The notes under the pieces: model-generated | What the model was told of the DNA's origin: nothing | The model's database searches: none | Seen by the model: only the letters and a program-made list of their open reading frames with translations | Position numbers and translations under genes: made by a program | Part shown: positions 60,897 through 64,000 of the stretch, piece by piece | Numbering within the stretch: the first letter of the stretch is position 1 | How the letters are laid out: every line of letters begins with the position of its first letter | Assembly: GCA_020057555.1 (NCBI GenBank) | Contig: JAGVFR010000028.1 | Span: forward strand, 12,444 to 76,443 | Direction of reading: 5' to 3' | DNA length: 64,000 nucleotides | DNA from: a bacterium | Lineage (GTDB): Bacteria > Patescibacteriota > Patescibacteriia > UBA9934 > GWF2-40-263

Positions 60897-63800
60897 CTAT
60901 TCGCTACCCTGTGTAGACGATGGATTTTCGATTAGCATCTCTGTTGGTACCTCGGCTTGTTCGCCGCCTTCAACTTCGACTGCTTGATCGATAATGGTTG
61001 TGTCCGGACTCACCGGAGATGCTGGTTCTGCGGATTCAACTGGTTCTTGAATCGAGTCATTGCGAGGAGCCGAGTCATCCGGCGACGAAGCAATCTCTTC
61101 GTCTGCGGAGTCTACTTCACCCTCGATTGCACTCGGGTTCGCAGTGACGGAAACAGGTTCATACCCTTTTCGATAAGCTGTCACCATCCAATCAAACTCA
61201 ATATCAGTCGCTTCGCCACCAAATTGCTTCACAACAAAGTGATTGTTGTCTTTTTCAGAAACATACAGTGAAACCGGACTGCTTGGTGTTACAAGAACAC
61301 GTATCGGTGCTTCAGCTGAAGTCACATCATTAAATTCAGATGAGATACTTTCAAATCGCACTTCAATAGTTCCGCCTGAAAGTTTTGATGTTCCAAAAAG
61401 TGTGATAACAGCTTCTGGTGAAGTGATCGCGATTGTTTCAACTTTTTCATCAGTGTATGAACGAATAACGGTTTTCAAAAGTGCTTCGGTTTTGATCGTT
61501 CCGTCTTGTAAAATCTCCCAAATATCACCAATGCCTGCTAAGCGACCAATACTTAAAATCTCATGACCTGCCATGAAAATATTTCCTGTCATTTCAAGCG
61601 AAGAAAAATTCATGTTTGTATTCATTGCGAATCCTGAAGCTTGATTGTTTATCCCTGGAGTACTTGATGTTTTATTTCCGTTCCAATATCCGACATTTAC
61701 ATAACTCAAGATCGAGCCTTCACCAGATACAAAAGGTTCAAGCGCGTAACCAACAACAACTCCAGATTCTGTTGCCTTCATCGCGTGTCCTGATTTTGAA
61801 GATGTTGTAAGTGGATCACCAACTTTGATCTCACCATTTTCTGTTGTTACAAAAGTTGGAACCCGACCAGAAAGAGCGATCGGATATGATCCTGCTAAAT
61901 TTTCTCCAGCTAAAAATCCCGGGCGCGTAGAAACAATTCCAACAATTCCTGGTTCTTCAATTTCAACTGAACGACGAACTTTTTCTCCTTCACCTGAAAA
62001 TACAACAACTTCTCCTGGCGCAAGAATTTCATTTGAAGGGAACATTTCAGCAAAGTCATACGAACCGGTTGACCAGCCTTTCGCGTTTGTTCGCATGAAA
62101 TCTCCGCCAGCGCCTTCAGAACCATCGTAGTAAATATATTTTTCAGTTTGCGCAACACCGCGATCAGATGGATACAATCGTCCACTTATCACCATGTCTC
62201 CAGCGATTTGCATTGTGCCTTTGTCAGTGATGTACGCTACTTCTGTGTCTGTTGTATTTCGAACTGACAAACGATAATTGTTTTGATCTGTAACGCTTGC
62301 TTTGAGCATCATTTCAACAGCTTGCGCTTCATTCCCATCCCATGCAGATCCGCGAAGTGCAAAGCCGTATGAATCAAATGTTGGTTGTGATTCGCTCGCG
62401 GTTCCAAGTGGCGCCATTACTGCTTTGTCAGTCACAACAGTTGAACTTCCATCGCTTCCGATAACGTTTCCTAAATACCATCCGTTATTCACTTGAACCA
62501 TCACTTGTCCGCTTTCGCCGTTAAAATCAGCAAGTGCCATTCCAATCACACGCCCAACTTCAGTTGCTTTCATTGCAAAACCAGCAGTTGATGAAGTCGT
62601 CAAATAATCGCCAACTTTAATCGAACCGTTTTCGTTTGTGACATTAACTGGAACACGACCAACAAGCGCGACTGGCATTGGATTGTCAGAATCACTAATG
62701 TTATATCCGGCAGAAGTAAAGTCTCCGTAGTTGTCTGAAACAATACCAGCAACTGGACCTTGATATGGAGTTGAAGATTTTACGAGCTGAACGATTGTCT
62801 GTCCGTCTTCTGTTACAACTGTTTGTAAGCCTGGCACAACAATATCGCCGTATGAAATTCCTGATGCAACAGGATATTGTTCCGCGTAGTCAGCGGCTGG
62901 AGCACCATTGCAATCTTGAAGCTCATACGCAGTTCCTGCAACAGGCGGAGTCGCTCCGACAAGTGATGAACAAACAGCTGTTGTACTTGCTGTAGTGCCA
63001 AGTCCTACTTTAACAAGAGTATCTACAATTAACCCATAGTCCCAATTTGAACCTTGCACATATATACCGTTTTGAGCTCCACCTAGATTACTATCTGCAT
63101 CATCAACATGAATACCGACTAGACCATTTGCACCATCAGGAGTAAGTCCTGTGAAATCAAGATCAACGCCCGTCATTCTTCCTAATTGAGTTGTAGCAGA
63201 ATCGAAATCGGCATTGATAAGATCACCGTTCACCCATTCTGTTTCAAGATCAAAGTCTAAATACGTGCCTATTGCTGCTGGATAAATTGTTAATTTACCT
63301 CCAGTTGACATTGTCCAATCATCTCCGCCATTCAAAGCTAATGTAGTTGCCGCGTTTGTATTTCCAATACTAATCGTATCTCCTGATGTTCCGTTTGTTG
63401 CAATACCAATCGCGTTAGCTAAATCAGTTGTAACACCACCAATATCAATTGTCAGAGAATTGCTTGCGGCGTCTAGAAAATCAAAAGTTGCGCTACTGGA
63501 AAGTAAACTTCCTCCATCAATCCGTAAATTGCCATCTGCTTCAAGATCAGATTCAACGTATAGATCCCCGGCTCCTGTTGCGAGTGTTGGTGTTGCCGGT
63601 GTTGAATCAGTCGCGACATGCACTTGTGAACCTGAAAAATATCCTGCGAAATTATTGGTCCCGCCGCTTGCTTCAGCATAAATTCCAAATCGGCTTGTTC
63701 CATCTGCTGTGTTTGCAAATCTTCCTCCATAACCATTTACAATATCTCCTGAACCACTTGTTATTGATCCATCAACACCAATTGCATTTGTGATGGTTCC

Positions 63801-64000
63801 TCCTGCTGTGTTGGATCCTGATCTTCCTAAAATTCCAGCGGAAGTTCCTATTGTAAGACCGCTTGAGGAATGATTTGCAACACCGCTTACACCATAAATC
63901 GCATTCGCGACCGAACCGGAACTACGAGTATATGTCGCAACTGCTTCAGCACCATATAATGTATGAGTAAACGCGCCAGGATTAGCATCAGAAGTCACTG
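60897..64000 (-). CDS. C-terminal part of a very large fibre-like surface protein with two tandem DYAE-type chaperone/auto-cleavage domains
   Basis: ORF open to the window edge; Gly/Ala/Thr/Asn-rich repeats; ADYAEQY...PVALVGRVP...ENG.IKVGD.LTTSS...AMKA and YDFAEMF...PIALSGRVP...ENG.IKVGD.LTTSS...AMKA. Confidence 0.8.
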   Translation of the reverse strand, partial: VTSDANPGAFTHTLYGAEAVATYTRSSGSVANAIYGVSGVANHSSSGLTIGTSAGILGRSGSNTAGGTITNAIGVDGSITSGSGDIVNGYGGRFANTADGTSRFGIYAEASGGTNNFAGYFSGSQVHVATDSTPATPTLATGAGDLYVESDLEADGNLRIDGGSLLSSSATFDFLDAASNSLTIDIGGVTTDLANAIGIATNGTSGDTISIGNTNAATTLALNGGDDWTMSTGGKLTIYPAAIGTYLDFDLETEWVNGDLINADFDSATTQLGRMTGVDLDFTGLTPDGANGLVGIHVDDADSNLGGAQNGIYVQGSNWDYGLIVDTLVKVGLGTTASTTAVCSSLVGATPPVAGTAYELQDCNGAPAADYAEQYPVASGISYGDIVVPGLQTVVTEDGQTIVQLVKSSTPYQGPVAGIVSDNYGDFTSAGYNISDSDNPMPVALVGRVPVNVTNENGSIKVGDYLTTSSTAGFAMKATEVGRVIGMALADFNGESGQVMVQVNNGWYLGNVIGSDGSSTVVTDKAVMAPLGTASESQPTFDSYGFALRGSAWDGNEAQAVEMMLKASVTDQNNYRLSVRNTTDTEVAYITDKGTMQIAGDMVISGRLYPSDRGVAQTEKYIYYDGSEGAGGDFMRTNAKGWSTGSYDFAEMFPSNEILAPGEVVVFSGEGEKVRRSVEIEEPGIVGIVSTRPGFLAGENLAGSYPIALSGRVPTFVTTENGEIKVGDPLTTSSKSGHAMKATESGVVVGYALEPFVSGEGSILSYVNVGYWNGNKTSSTPGINNQASGFAMNTNMNFSSLEMTGNIFMAGHEILSIGRLAGIGDIWEILQDGTIKTEALLKTVIRSYTDEKVETIAITSPEAVITLFGTSKLSGGTIEVRFESISSEFNDVTSAEAPIRVLVTPSSPVSLYVSEKDNNHFVVKQFGGEATDIEFDWMVTAYRKGYEPVSVTANPSAIEGEVDSADEEIASSPDDSAPRNDSIQEPVESAEPASPVSPDTTIIDQAVEVEGGEQAEVPTEMLIENPSSTQGSE

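Overview
Chromosomal window from a Patescibacteria (CPR) bacterium, probably Parcubacteria/ABY1-like. This is inferred from 16S signature changes, a stand-alone 16S gene carrying an intron, and a shortened SMC. Core content: metK (partial), clpP, smc, rpsP/khpA/trmD, a 16S rRNA with a group I intron encoding a LAGLIDADG endonuclease, 5 tRNAs, ruvC, rpoB/rpoC, ftsK, recA, efp/epmA, rpsF-ssb-rpsR and ychF. An ~18 kb surface-structure region (14.8-32.9 kb) holds a type IV pilus cluster, a two-component pair and an uncharacterised cluster at 25.3-32.9 kb. That cluster is the best candidate for a new system: a putative donor-strand-complemented fimbria. Its parts are a major subunit with an N-terminal extension, a paralog lacking the extension, an 81-aa membrane-anchored protein made of copies of the extension, three SP(P)-Ig partner proteins and an embedded signal peptidase I. 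Other highlights are several promoter-driven, highly structured non-coding regions (including a ~630-nt unit and a covarying hairpin motif present twice), REP-like elements inserted in frame into core genes, and a split between near-leaderless core genes and SD-led, GC-richer orphan genes. All assignments come from reading the sequence by eye; no searches were run.
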